A DNA stretch of 64,000 nt from an uncultured Robiginitalea sp. (lineage in GTDB: Bacteria > Bacteroidota > Bacteroidia > Flavobacteriales > Flavobacteriaceae): positions 606-64,605 of the forward strand of contig CAZIJW010000016.1 of assembly GCA_964539905.1 (NCBI GenBank), in the 5' to 3' direction. Both the position numbers and the translations under genes were made by a program. This document shows, one piece after another, positions 19,455-28,764 of the stretch (positions within the stretch are counted from its first letter, which is position 1; each line of letters starts with the position of its first letter). The notes beneath the pieces are model-generated. The model was not told the DNA's origin and did no database searches. It saw only the letters and a list, made by a program, of their open reading frames with translations.

Positions 19455-20705
19455 TTAGCGGACCACCAGTTGTACAGTTTCCTTGCTGCGCTGTTCAAGC
19501 AGCACTTCCTTTCCATTCTGCAGGCTTTCAATGGCCCGGGAGTTGAAATGCCGGATGGTGTACAGGGAGACCCCCTCGTGGTGGACGACCTTATACTTGC
19601 CGCTGAGCTGTTGCAGCAATTCGGGAAGGCGGCCGAACCGGTTGTCGACGCAAACCGAAAAGCTGATCGCGGAATTCTGGATCAAATCCACCTTCATCCG
19701 GTAGTCGTGGAGGAGCCTGAACAATTCGCTGATGTTGTCTTCCACCATAAAGGAAAAATCGAGGGCGGAAAGCTTCATGAGTACCTGGTTTTTCTTTACG
19801 ATAAAACAGGGGGTATGGGGTTTGATCCCCTTCCCCTTGCCCACGGTGGTCCCCGGGTTTTCAGGGTTCATAAAGGACTTTACCTGTAGGGGGATTTCCT
19901 TTCGCTGCAGGGGCTGCAGCGTTTTGGGGTGGATCACGCTGGCCCCGTAAAAGGCGAGTTCGATAGCCTCCTGGTAGGAGATCTGGTGAAGGAGTTGCGC
20001 CTCCTTGAAATACCGCGGGTCTGCGCTGAGCACCCCCGGCACGTCCTTCCAGATGGTCACCGATTCCGCATTCAGGCAATAAGCGATGATCGCGGCGGTA
20101 TAGTCGGATCCCTCCCTTCCCAGGGTCGTGGTAAAATTGTTGTCATCGCTGCCCAAAAAGCCCTGGGTAATGAACAATTCGGGTCGGCCCGAAAGGGACG
20201 CCATGGCTTCCTGGGTCCGATCCCAGATGACCCGCACATCGCGGTAATTGTCATCCGTTTTGAGGTACTGCCGGATATCGAGCCAGGTATTCGCCATCCC
20301 GGCCTGTTGCAGGTAATGGCTTACCACGGTGGTGGAGAGCAGTTCCCCGTAACCCACCACCTGGTCGTAGACAAAGCTGTATTTCGGCGACTTGTTCCAG
20401 GCCAAAAACCCCCTTACCTCCTCGAACAGGGCCCGGGTCCGTGCATACACGGGATGCGCGGGGGAGGGAAAAAGGTCCCCGATGATTTTAAAGTGGTATG
20501 CTTCCACTTCCTGCAGGTACCCCGGGTAGCTGGCCCTGTCACCAAAGTAGGCGTCTACCACCGCTTCCATGGCATTGGTGGTTTTTCCCATGGCGGAAAC
20601 CACCAGAAACGTTTGGTCGGTACCGGTATGCTCCAGCACCCGTACCAGGTTCCGCACCCCCTCGGCGTCCTTTACCGAGGCACCCCCAAATTTAAAGATC
20701 CGCAT
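19455..20705 (-). CDS. lysC: Aspartate kinase
   Basis: IFKFGGASV, VVSAMGKTTN, TTLGREGSDYTA, ADPR, VIHPKT; C-terminal ACT domains. Confidence 0.93.
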   Translation of the reverse strand: MRIFKFGGASVKDAEGVRNLVRVLEHTGTDQTFLVVSAMGKTTNAMEAVVDAYFGDRASYPGYLQEVEAYHFKIIGDLFPSPAHPVYARTRALFEEVRGFLAWNKSPKYSFVYDQVVGYGELLSTTVVSHYLQQAGMANTWLDIRQYLKTDDNYRDVRVIWDRTQEAMASLSGRPELFITQGFLGSDDNNFTTTLGREGSDYTAAIIAYCLNAESVTIWKDVPGVLSADPRYFKEAQLLHQISYQEAIELAFYGASVIHPKTLQPLQRKEIPLQVKSFMNPENPGTTVGKGKGIKPHTPCFIVKKNQVLMKLSALDFSFMVEDNISELFRLLHDYRMKVDLIQNSAISFSVCVDNRFGRLPELLQQLSGKYKVVHHEGVSLYTIRHFNSRAIESLQNGKEVLLEQRSKETVQLVVR

Positions 20706-21183
20706 AGCGTTCCAGATACGATTTCATCCCCCGGGCATCCAGTTGCACCACGTCCCAGTCGCGCAGCACCCGGGCGCCCCGGGACTCATAAAAATCGATC
20801 GCTGGCTCATTCCAGTCCAGGACCTCCCAACTCACCCTTTTTGCGCCCTGCTGATGGGCATACCGGACCACGGCGGTGAGCAGGTCGGAGCCCAGGCCCA
20901 GGCCCCGCAGGGCTTCGGTGACGATAAGGTCCTCGAGGTGGATGACCAACCCCTTCCATGTGGAATACCTGGGATAGCACAGGGCCATTCCCGCGATGTG
21001 CCCGTCTGACTCGGCAACAAAACACTGGAAGCGCGGGTTGGGCCCGAAGCCATCGCGTTCCAGGTCGGACTGCCCGACCTCCACGGCGTGGGGTTCCCTT
21101 TCGTATGCGGCCAGTTCCCGAATCAGCTCCAGGACTGCCCCCATGTCTTCCGGCCGGGCCGGGCGAATGTTGTAATTTTTCAT
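20692..21183 (-). CDS. GNAT N-acetyltransferase (SSAT/diamine acetyltransferase-like)
   Basis: IRELAAYE, YSTWKG..IHLEDLIV, LRGLGLG, VLDWNEPAIDFY. Confidence 0.88.
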   Translation of the reverse strand: MKNYNIRPARPEDMGAVLELIRELAAYEREPHAVEVGQSDLERDGFGPNPRFQCFVAESDGHIAGMALCYPRYSTWKGLVIHLEDLIVTEALRGLGLGSDLLTAVVRYAHQQGAKRVSWEVLDWNEPAIDFYESRGARVLRDWDVVQLDARGMKSYLERYADL

Positions 21184-21295
21184 TTGTTACAAATAAAACA
21201 TAAAGTTATATAACTAAAAAAGTGGTGGGGTTCGAAATCGATTTAGTTTCACAAAATAAGCGATATTTGTGGGGATATTAACGGATCCTGTTCCC

Positions 21296-22303
21296 ATGAC
21301 CAAAAAGAACAAAACCCTGGGGGAGTTCATTATCGAAAACCAGGCGGAATTCCAGTATTCCTCCGGGGAGCTTTCCAAACTCATCAACGCCATCCGCCTT
21401 GCCGCAAAAGTAGTGAACCACGAGGTGAACAAGGCCGGCCTGATCGACATCCTGGGTGCGGCCGGGGACACCAACGTACAGGGCGAAAGCCAGCAGAAAC
21501 TCGATGTGCTGGCCAATGAAAAATTTATACAAACCCTGAAAAACCGCGAGATCGTCTGTGGGATTGCCTCTGAGGAAGAAGAAGACTTCATCAGCATCAA
21601 CAGCCAGGACCACCAGCACCAGAACAAATACGTGGTGCTGATCGACCCCCTCGACGGGTCATCCAATATCGATGTAAATGTTTCTGTAGGCACCATTTTT
21701 TCGATTTACCGCCGGGTGACCCCCATCGGGACCCCGGTTACCCTGGAAGACTTCCTGCAACCCGGCATCAATCAGGTAGCCGCCGGGTACATTATATACG
21801 GTACCTCCACGATGTTGGTCTACACCACCGGCCACGGGGTGAACGGATTCACCCTGAACCCGGCCATCGGCACCTTCTACCTCTCCCACCCGAACATGAC
21901 CTTCCCGCAGACCGGCAAAATCTATTCCATCAATGAGGGGAATTACATCCATTTCCCCCAGGGGGTCAAAGATTACATCAAATACTGCCAGATGGAAGAA
22001 GGGGACCGGCCCTATACCTCCCGTTACATCGGTTCCCTGGTATCGGATTTCCACCGGAACATGATCAAAGGGGGCATCTACATCTACCCGAAGAGCAGCG
22101 TGAACTCCGACGGCAAGCTCCGGTTGTTATACGAATGCAACCCCATGGCCTTTTTGGCCGAACAGGCCGGGGGGAAAGCCTCGGACGGCTACGGCCGGAT
22201 CCTGGAAATTGAACCCGCTGAATTGCACCAGCGGGTACCCTTCTTCTGCGGAAGCCGGAAAATGGTGGAAAAAGCAGAGGAATTCATGGCGCGGTACGCC
22301 TGA
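21296..22303 (+). CDS. fbp: Class 1 fructose-1,6-bisphosphatase
   Basis: [47 protein letters not shown]. Confidence 0.96.
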   Translation: MTKKNKTLGEFIIENQAEFQYSSGELSKLINAIRLAAKVVNHEVNKAGLIDILGAAGDTNVQGESQQKLDVLANEKFIQTLKNREIVCGIASEEEEDFISINSQDHQHQNKYVVLIDPLDGSSNIDVNVSVGTIFSIYRRVTPIGTPVTLEDFLQPGINQVAAGYIIYGTSTMLVYTTGHGVNGFTLNPAIGTFYLSHPNMTFPQTGKIYSINEGNYIHFPQGVKDYIKYCQMEEGDRPYTSRYIGSLVSDFHRNMIKGGIYIYPKSSVNSDGKLRLLYECNPMAFLAEQAGGKASDGYGRILEIEPAELHQRVPFFCGSRKMVEKAEEFMARYA

Positions 22304-22316
22304 AACCCCGAGGTAA

Positions 22317-22739
22317 CTACTTAGATATAAGGTACATGTAATCGTCAAAAGAGATCCTTCCGGTAAAGATGTCTACAGATTTGCGCACCACTTCCCTGGC
22401 CTTTGCCGGGGGAAACCCAAGGGCGATGGCATACGTTTCCACCATGGTGACCTGTTCCCCTTGTATATCCAGGTCTGAAGCCATCACGCGGAAGAAATCG
22501 AAGAGCCGCTCCAGGCGTTCTTCCCGGGTCAGGGGCGATTCTATGGGATACTGGTTTTCCTCCTTCATCACCTCCTTGTATTCGGCCTCGGTGATCCCGA
22601 GTTTTTCGGCGAAGTAATCAAGGATATTCTTCTCCTCCGGGGTAATGATCCCGTCCGAGGCAGCCAGGGAAGCCATGGCGGCAAAATGCGCCAGGTTGCT
22701 CCGACCCTGCCCGTGTTTATATAAATCGATAATCGGCAT
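22317..22739 (-). CDS. TerB family (tellurite-resistance/DjlA-like) protein
   Basis: HFAAMASLAASDGIITPEE TerB pattern; start set at ATG 22739. Confidence 0.8.
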   Translation of the reverse strand: MPIIDLYKHGQGRSNLAHFAAMASLAASDGIITPEEKNILDYFAEKLGITEAEYKEVMKEENQYPIESPLTREERLERLFDFFRVMASDLDIQGEQVTMVETYAIALGFPPAKAREVVRKSVDIFTGRISFDDYMYLISK

Positions 22740-22758
22740 CTTGGAACTATTTTGGGGG

Positions 22759-22766
22759 CAAATATA
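22759..22766 (-). promoter_or_regulatory. -7 promoter element (TATATTTG) for the TerB gene
   Basis: Reverse complement of CAAATATA, 19 nt before the ATG. Confidence 0.65.
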
Positions 22767-22871
22767 CCGCTTTCGGGGCGTATCCGCACAGGGAGGACAA
22801 CCATTTCTTTCCAGTACCCCCAGCGGGCACTGCTTCTGAGGCAGGAGAATATTGCGTAACTTTCCCCCGCT

Positions 22872-23897
22872 ATGAAAAGGCCCCTCCTGGAATTTACCGA
22901 CAAGGGGATCTATTGCCCCCCGGCCGATGTGTACCTCGACCCCTGGAAACCGGTGGCCCGGGCCCTGATAACCCATGGCCATGCCGACCACAGTCGCTGG
23001 GGCCATGGCCTGTATATCACCCACCAGAGCAATATCCCCATCCTCCGCCACCGCCTGGGCGAACTCCAGGCCCGGGGGGTCGAATGGGGGGAATCCCTCC
23101 GGATTCGCGGGGTGCGCTTCAGCTTCCACCCCGCTGGCCATATCGTGGGCTCCGCACAGATCCGGGTGGAATACCGGGGGGAAGTCTGGGTCTTCTCCGG
23201 GGATTACAAAACCGGTGGAGACGGGCTGTCCACCCCGTTTGAACCCCTTCCCTGCCACACCTTCATCACCGAGTGCACCTTTGGCCTCCCGGCCTTTTCG
23301 TGGCGCCCCCAGGCTGAAGTCATGGGGGAAATCAACACCTGGTGGGCCCGGGTGCAGGCAGAGGGAAAAACCGCCGTCCTCTTTGCCTATTCCCTTGGAA
23401 AGGCGCAACGCCTGCTGGCCCACCTGGATCCTTCCCTCGGGACCGTGTATACCCACGGGGCCATAGAAAACATGAACGAAGTCGTCAGGGGGCTGGTGCC
23501 CCTCCCGCCTACCCGGAGGATCACCCCGGAAACCGGGGCAGGGGAACTGGCCGGCGCCCTGGTGCTGGCGCCCCCCAGCGCCCACGGCAGCGCCTGGATC
23601 CGCCGGATGGCCCCTTTTGAAACCGGCATGGCCAGCGGCTGGATGGCCTTCCGGGGGGCCCGGCGCAGGCGGGCCGTCGACCGGGGTTTTGTGCTCAGCG
23701 ACCACTGCGACTGGAAGGGGTTGCTGGAGAGCATCGAGGCCACAGGGGCTGAGCGCATCATCTGCACCCACGGGTATTCCGACATCCTGGCCCGCTACCT
23801 CCGGGAACAGGGTTATGATGCCCGCACCGAAGCCACCCAGTACGGGGACGAAGACGGGGAGCCGGAAGGGGAGCAAAAACCCGCAGAGCCCTCATGA
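22872..23897 (+). CDS. Ligase-associated DNA damage response exonuclease (MBL/beta-CASP fold)
   Basis: ITHGHADH, AGHIVGSAQ, FSGDYK, ITECTFG, YSLGKAQR, LSDHCDW. Confidence 0.92.
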   Translation: MKRPLLEFTDKGIYCPPADVYLDPWKPVARALITHGHADHSRWGHGLYITHQSNIPILRHRLGELQARGVEWGESLRIRGVRFSFHPAGHIVGSAQIRVEYRGEVWVFSGDYKTGGDGLSTPFEPLPCHTFITECTFGLPAFSWRPQAEVMGEINTWWARVQAEGKTAVLFAYSLGKAQRLLAHLDPSLGTVYTHGAIENMNEVVRGLVPLPPTRRITPETGAGELAGALVLAPPSAHGSAWIRRMAPFETGMASGWMAFRGARRRRAVDRGFVLSDHCDWKGLLESIEATGAERIICTHGYSDILARYLREQGYDARTEATQYGDEDGEPEGEQKPAEPS

Positions 23898-25504
23898 AAG
23901 CCTTCGCACGCCTGGTAAAAACTCTCGACGGGACGAACAAAACCAACGCCCGGGTGGCCGCCCTGGCCGCGTACTTCCGGGAGGCGCCCGATGCGGACAA
24001 AGTGTGGGCCATCGCCCTGCTTGCCCACCGCCGGCCCCCGAGGCCCGTCAATACCCGCCTGCTCCGGGAATGGGCCGCCGAACTGGCTGGCATCCCCCTG
24101 TGGCTCTTTGAGGAAAGCTACCACATCGTGGGCGACCTGGCGGAGACCATCGCCCTGGTGGCCCCGTACAAACCCGGCCCTTCAGGGGGCGCCCCTTCCC
24201 TGGCCGCCTACCTCGAAGCCCTGATCGCCCTGAAAGGACAACCCGAAGAAGCCAAAAAAGCGTACCTGTGGCAGCACTGGTCCCGCCTGGATTATTACGA
24301 ACGCTTTGTGTTCACCAAACTCTTTACCGGGGGCTTCCGCATCGGCATCAGCCAGAAACTGATGACCCGGGCCCTTTCGCTGGCCACGGGCATCGACCCG
24401 GAAGTCCTGGCCTATCGCCTGATGGGCGGCTGGGACCCTTCGCAGACCTCCTTTCGGGCCCTGGTGCTGGAACCCCAGGCAGAGGAACAGGATTCCCGGC
24501 CCTATCCCTTTTACCTGGCCTATGCCCTGGAAGGGGGCCCGGAGGCCCTGGGCGACCCCGCGGCCTGGGTCATGGAACACAAATGGGATGGGATCCGGGC
24601 ACAGCTCATCTCCCGCAAGGGCAACCTGTACCTCTGGAGCCGGGGCGAGGAGCTGGTGACCGCTTCCTACCCGGAATTCGAGGCCCTGCGGGAAGTCCTC
24701 CCCGATGGGACGGTGCTCGACGGGGAAATCCTCCCCTATCCGCAAGGGCAGGTGGGCAGTTTCAATGACCTGCAGAAAAGGCTGGGGCGGAAACGCGTGG
24801 GCAAGGCCCTCCTGAAGAACATCCCTGTGATCCTCAGGGCCTACGACCTGCTCGAATGGCAGGGGAAGGACCTGCGGCAACAGCCCTTTTCAGACCGCAA
24901 CCGCCTGCTCGTTTCCCTGGTAGGCCCCATGGCCGACAACCCCACACTGCCCCTGGACCTCTCCCCTGCCCTGGAAATCCACGACTGGGATGCCGCCCAC
25001 AAGGAACGGGAGCGTTCCAGGGAATGGCGCTCAGAGGGGCTAATGCTCAAAAGGAAGGACGCCCCCTACCAGGTAGGGCGCAAAAAGGGGGACTGGTGGA
25101 AGTGGAAGGTGGCACCCCTGACCGTGGACGCGGTGCTCACCTATGCCATGCGCGGGCACGGGCGGCGGAGCAACCTCTTTACCGATTACACCTTTGCCGT
25201 CTGGGACGAAAAGGCCGAAGGGCAGCGCGAACTGGTCACCTTTGCCAAGGCCTATTCCGGGCTCACCGATGCGGAATTCCGGGAGGTGGATGCGTGGATC
25301 AAAAAAAACACCCTGGAGCGGTTCGGGCCGGTGCGCTCGGTGACGCCCACGCACGTATTTGAAATCGCCTTCGAGGGCATTGCCCGGTCGACCCGGCATA
25401 AGAGCGGCGTGGCTACCCGTTTTCCGCGCATTGTCCGCTGGCGGAAAGACAAACCGATCGAGGAAGCCAATACCCTGGCGGATGTGCTAAACCTTATCCC
25501 GTGA
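23894..25504 (+). CDS. ATP-dependent DNA ligase (ligase-associated DNA damage response)
   Basis: EHKWDGIR (motif I), LDGE, AYDLL, EGLMLK, WWKWK, RFPRIVRWR. Confidence 0.94.
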   Translation: MKAFARLVKTLDGTNKTNARVAALAAYFREAPDADKVWAIALLAHRRPPRPVNTRLLREWAAELAGIPLWLFEESYHIVGDLAETIALVAPYKPGPSGGAPSLAAYLEALIALKGQPEEAKKAYLWQHWSRLDYYERFVFTKLFTGGFRIGISQKLMTRALSLATGIDPEVLAYRLMGGWDPSQTSFRALVLEPQAEEQDSRPYPFYLAYALEGGPEALGDPAAWVMEHKWDGIRAQLISRKGNLYLWSRGEELVTASYPEFEALREVLPDGTVLDGEILPYPQGQVGSFNDLQKRLGRKRVGKALLKNIPVILRAYDLLEWQGKDLRQQPFSDRNRLLVSLVGPMADNPTLPLDLSPALEIHDWDAAHKERERSREWRSEGLMLKRKDAPYQVGRKKGDWWKWKVAPLTVDAVLTYAMRGHGRRSNLFTDYTFAVWDEKAEGQRELVTFAKAYSGLTDAEFREVDAWIKKNTLERFGPVRSVTPTHVFEIAFEGIARSTRHKSGVATRFPRIVRWRKDKPIEEANTLADVLNLIP

Positions 25505-27993
25505 AAGAAGGCGAAAAACCAACCCTGGAAGCCCTGGTAGGGCAGGCAAAACAGTGGTTCCGCAGCCAGGGGTGGGAACCCTTCCCCTTCCAGGAGCAAA
25601 CCTGGGAGGCCTTCCTTCAGGGGAAGCACGGGCTGCTCAATGCGCCTACGGGCAGCGGGAAGACCTATGCCCTGTGGTTTCCCATCCTGCTCCAACACCT
25701 CAGGGAACACCCCGATGCCAGGGAACGCCCCCGCCCGGGCCTGAAAGCCATCTGGGTGACGCCCCTCAGGGCTTTGAGCCAGGAAATCCGGCAGTCGGCG
25801 GAGCGGATCACGTCAGACCTGGAAATCCCCTTTTCCGTGGGAATCCGCACCGGGGACACCCCACAGGCGGAAAGGGCCCGGCAGCGCAAGGCCATGCCCG
25901 ACCTGCTGATCACCACCCCGGAAAGCCTGCAGCTGTTGCTGGCCACCCCGGGGTACGCCAAAATCTTCAAATCGTGTTACGCCGTGGTGGTCGATGAATG
26001 GCACGAACTGTTGGGCAGCAAGCGCGGGGTGCAGATGGAACTCGCCCTTTCCCGCCTTAAAAGCGTCTGCCCGGCCTTTCGGATCTGGGGGATTTCCGCT
26101 ACCATCGGCAACCTGGAGCAGGCCCGGGAGGTGCTCCTCGGGCCGGGTTCTGAAGCCCTTCAAAACTCCACCCTGATCCGGGCGCGGCTAAACAAGAAGA
26201 TCACCGTCAAAAGCCTGCTGCCCGAGCGGATGGAGACCTTCCCCTGGAGGGGGCACCTCGGGCTGCACCTGCTGGAAGCGGTAATGCCCATCCTCCGGGA
26301 AAGCAAAACCACCCTGATCTTTACCAATACCCGCAGCCAGTGCGAGATCTGGTTCCAGAAACTCCTGGAACACCACCCGGAACTGGCCGGGGAAATCGCC
26401 ATGCACCACGGGAGTATCGACAAAGACACCCGCCTGTGGGTGGAACAGGCCATCCGCCGCGAAAGCCTGAGGGCCGTGGTGTGCACCTCCAGCCTGGACC
26501 TGGGCGTTGACTTCGCCCCGGTGGAAACCGTCGTACAGATCGGCGGGCCCAAAGGGGTGGCCCGCTTCCTGCAACGGGCAGGCCGCAGCGGGCACCGACC
26601 CGGGAAGGAGAGCCGCATCTATTTCCTGCCCACCCACGCCATTGAACTGGTGGAGGCGGCCGCCCTGCAGCGCACCGTGGAGGGGGAAGGGGTGGAAGAC
26701 CGCATCCCCTACCTGAACAGTTTCGACGTCCTGGCCCAGTACCTGACCACCCTGGCCGTTTCCGACGGCTTCCGGCCCGAAGAAACCTATCGGGAAGTCA
26801 TACAGACCTTTTGCTTCCAGGCCATGACGCGGGACCAGTGGGAATGGCTGCTGAACTTCCTGGTCCTGGGCAGCCAAAGCCTGCAGACCTATGACGAATA
26901 CAAAAAGGTGGAACGCCTGGAGGACGGGCTTTTAAAGGTAACCGACCGGGGGGTGGCCATGCGGCACCGGTTCCAGATCGGCACCATTGTGGGCGATGCC
27001 GACCTGGTGGTGCGCTACCAGAAGGGCGGCTATATCGGCACCATCGAAGAGTGGTTCATCTCCCAACTGCAGCAGGGCGATGTCTTTACCTTTGCCGGGC
27101 GCAACCTGGAGTTCCTCCGCATCCGCGAAATGCAGGCGCTGGTGCGAAATACCTCGAAAAAGTCGGGGAAGGTACCCAGCTGGATGGGCGGAAGGCTCAC
27201 CCTTTCGGCCCAGATGTCGCAACTGTTGCGGGAGGAACTGTACTCGGCCTCCCTCCCCCCGGAGGAGCAGTCGGAGGAGATCCGGGCTTTGGCCCCTCTC
27301 TTTGCGCGGCAGCGCATGGAAAGCATCGTGCCGGGCCCCCGGGAATTCCTTATCGAAACCTTTAAGACGCGGGAAGGATGCCACCACCTTTTCTATCCGT
27401 TCGAAGGGCGCTTCGTGCACGAGGCCATGGCCAGTCTGTTAAGCTACCGCATCAGCCTGCTTTCGCCCATCACGTTTTCCCTGGCCTACAACGACTACGG
27501 GTTTGAACTGCTCTCCGACCAGGAAGTGGACATCGGCATGGTGCTGGACAATGACCTGCTGAGCCCCCAGTACCTGATGGACGACTTGCAGAAAAGCCTC
27601 AATGCCACTGAAATGGCCCGGAGGAAATTCCGCGATATCGCCGTGATCAGCGGGCTGGTCTTTACCGGATACCCCAATAAAGGCATCAAAATGAAGCACT
27701 TGCAAAGCAATTCCCAGCTGCTCTTTGAGGTTTTTCGCGACTGCGAACCCGACCACCTCCTTTTCCAGCAGGCCTTCCGGGAAACCTTCGAGCACCAGCT
27801 GGAAGAAGGCCGGCTCCGCCAGGCCCTGGAGCGCATCGCCACCCAGGAGGTGGTGTGGAAGGCCTGTGAAAGCCCCACCCCCTTCTCCTTCCCCATCATC
27901 ACCGACCGGCTTCGGGAGAAGCTTTCCAGCGAAAAACTGGCCGACCGCATCCGCCGGATGACCCGGGCCCTTACCCGCCCCAAAAAACGCTGA
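25501..27993 (+). CDS. Lhr-core DEXH-box helicase (ligase-associated)
   Basis: APTGSGKT, TTPESL, VVDEWH, SATIGN, HHGS, SSLDLGVD, QRAGRSGH. Confidence 0.93.
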   Translation: MKEGEKPTLEALVGQAKQWFRSQGWEPFPFQEQTWEAFLQGKHGLLNAPTGSGKTYALWFPILLQHLREHPDARERPRPGLKAIWVTPLRALSQEIRQSAERITSDLEIPFSVGIRTGDTPQAERARQRKAMPDLLITTPESLQLLLATPGYAKIFKSCYAVVVDEWHELLGSKRGVQMELALSRLKSVCPAFRIWGISATIGNLEQAREVLLGPGSEALQNSTLIRARLNKKITVKSLLPERMETFPWRGHLGLHLLEAVMPILRESKTTLIFTNTRSQCEIWFQKLLEHHPELAGEIAMHHGSIDKDTRLWVEQAIRRESLRAVVCTSSLDLGVDFAPVETVVQIGGPKGVARFLQRAGRSGHRPGKESRIYFLPTHAIELVEAAALQRTVEGEGVEDRIPYLNSFDVLAQYLTTLAVSDGFRPEETYREVIQTFCFQAMTRDQWEWLLNFLVLGSQSLQTYDEYKKVERLEDGLLKVTDRGVAMRHRFQIGTIVGDADLVVRYQKGGYIGTIEEWFISQLQQGDVFTFAGRNLEFLRIREMQALVRNTSKKSGKVPSWMGGRLTLSAQMSQLLREELYSASLPPEEQSEEIRALAPLFARQRMESIVPGPREFLIETFKTREGCHHLFYPFEGRFVHEAMASLLSYRISLLSPITFSLAYNDYGFELLSDQEVDIGMVLDNDLLSPQYLMDDLQKSLNATEMARRKFRDIAVISGLVFTGYPNKGIKMKHLQSNSQLLFEVFRDCEPDHLLFQQAFRETFEHQLEEGRLRQALERIATQEVVWKACESPTPFSFPIITDRLREKLSSEKLADRIRRMTRALTRPKKR

Positions 27994-28026
27994 TTCCCGG
28001 GGGCACTTGCCAACGCCCTATTTTGA

Positions 28027-28034
28027 TACCTTTG
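28027..28034 (+). promoter_or_regulatory. -7 element (TACCTTTG) immediately before the PdeM start codon
   Basis: Exact consensus 4 nt upstream of ATG 28039; TTG at 28007-28009. Confidence 0.55.
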
Positions 28035-28038
28035 CCCC

Positions 28039-28695
28039 ATGACCCATACCCTGGAATTCGGAGGGGAACTGCTGGAACTGCACCCCTGGGGGGCCCTGTA
28101 CTGGAAACGGGAATCCCTCCTGATCGTCAGCGATGTACACTTCGGAAAGGTAACCCACTTCCGGAAGCACGGCGCGGCCGTACCCCCAAAGGCCCTGGAG
28201 CGGAATTTCCTGCGGATGGATCGCCTGGTTGCGGTTTTCAAACCCGCACGGGTTTGTTTCCTCGGCGACCTGTTCCACTCGCACCTCAACCGGGAATGGG
28301 ACCTGTTCAGCCAATGGGCCGGCAGGTGCCCGGCTGCCCTGGAACTGGTTTTGGGGAACCACGACATCCTCTCCCCCACCCTGTATGAAGCCCTGGGGAT
28401 ACGTTGCGGGGAATCCTTCGAAGAAGGGCCGTTCCGCCTTACCCACCACCCGATGGACGCCTTTGAAGGCTTCAATATCGCCGGGCACGTGCACCCGGCC
28501 GTTCGCCTGAAAGGCCCCGGGCGGCAACAGCTGCGGCTACCCTGTTTCTTCGTCAGGGGGCGCCAGCTGATCCTGCCGGCCTTCGGGGCGTTTACGGGCA
28601 GCCATGTGCTGGAACCCCGAAAAGGCGACCGCGCCTTCGCCCTTGCGGGGGAAGCCGTGATCGCGCTGGAAGAAGCTGCGACGGGAACCCCCTGA
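28039..28695 (+). CDS. pdeM: Ligase-associated metallophosphoesterase/endonuclease (PdeM/MPE)
   Basis: SDVHFGK, LGDLFH, GNHD, THHP, GHVHP, LPAFG. Confidence 0.9.
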   Translation: MTHTLEFGGELLELHPWGALYWKRESLLIVSDVHFGKVTHFRKHGAAVPPKALERNFLRMDRLVAVFKPARVCFLGDLFHSHLNREWDLFSQWAGRCPAALELVLGNHDILSPTLYEALGIRCGESFEEGPFRLTHHPMDAFEGFNIAGHVHPAVRLKGPGRQQLRLPCFFVRGRQLILPAFGAFTGSHVLEPRKGDRAFALAGEAVIALEEAATGTP

Positions 28696-28738
28696 CCGGA
28701 AATTTGGGGCAGGTTTTGCCGGGGCGGGAAATGCCTTG

Positions 28739-28746
28739 TATTTTTG
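28739..28746 (+). promoter_or_regulatory. -7 element (TATTTTTG) for mfd
   Basis: Exact consensus; it implies the true start is the downstream TTG at 28765. Confidence 0.55.
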
Positions 28747-28764
28747 CACAAATTTTATGGCCTT

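Noticed and set aside
22740-23876. 519 aa ORF extension of the TerB gene
   Set aside because: Antisense to the exonuclease; a consensus promoter sits just upstream of ATG 22739
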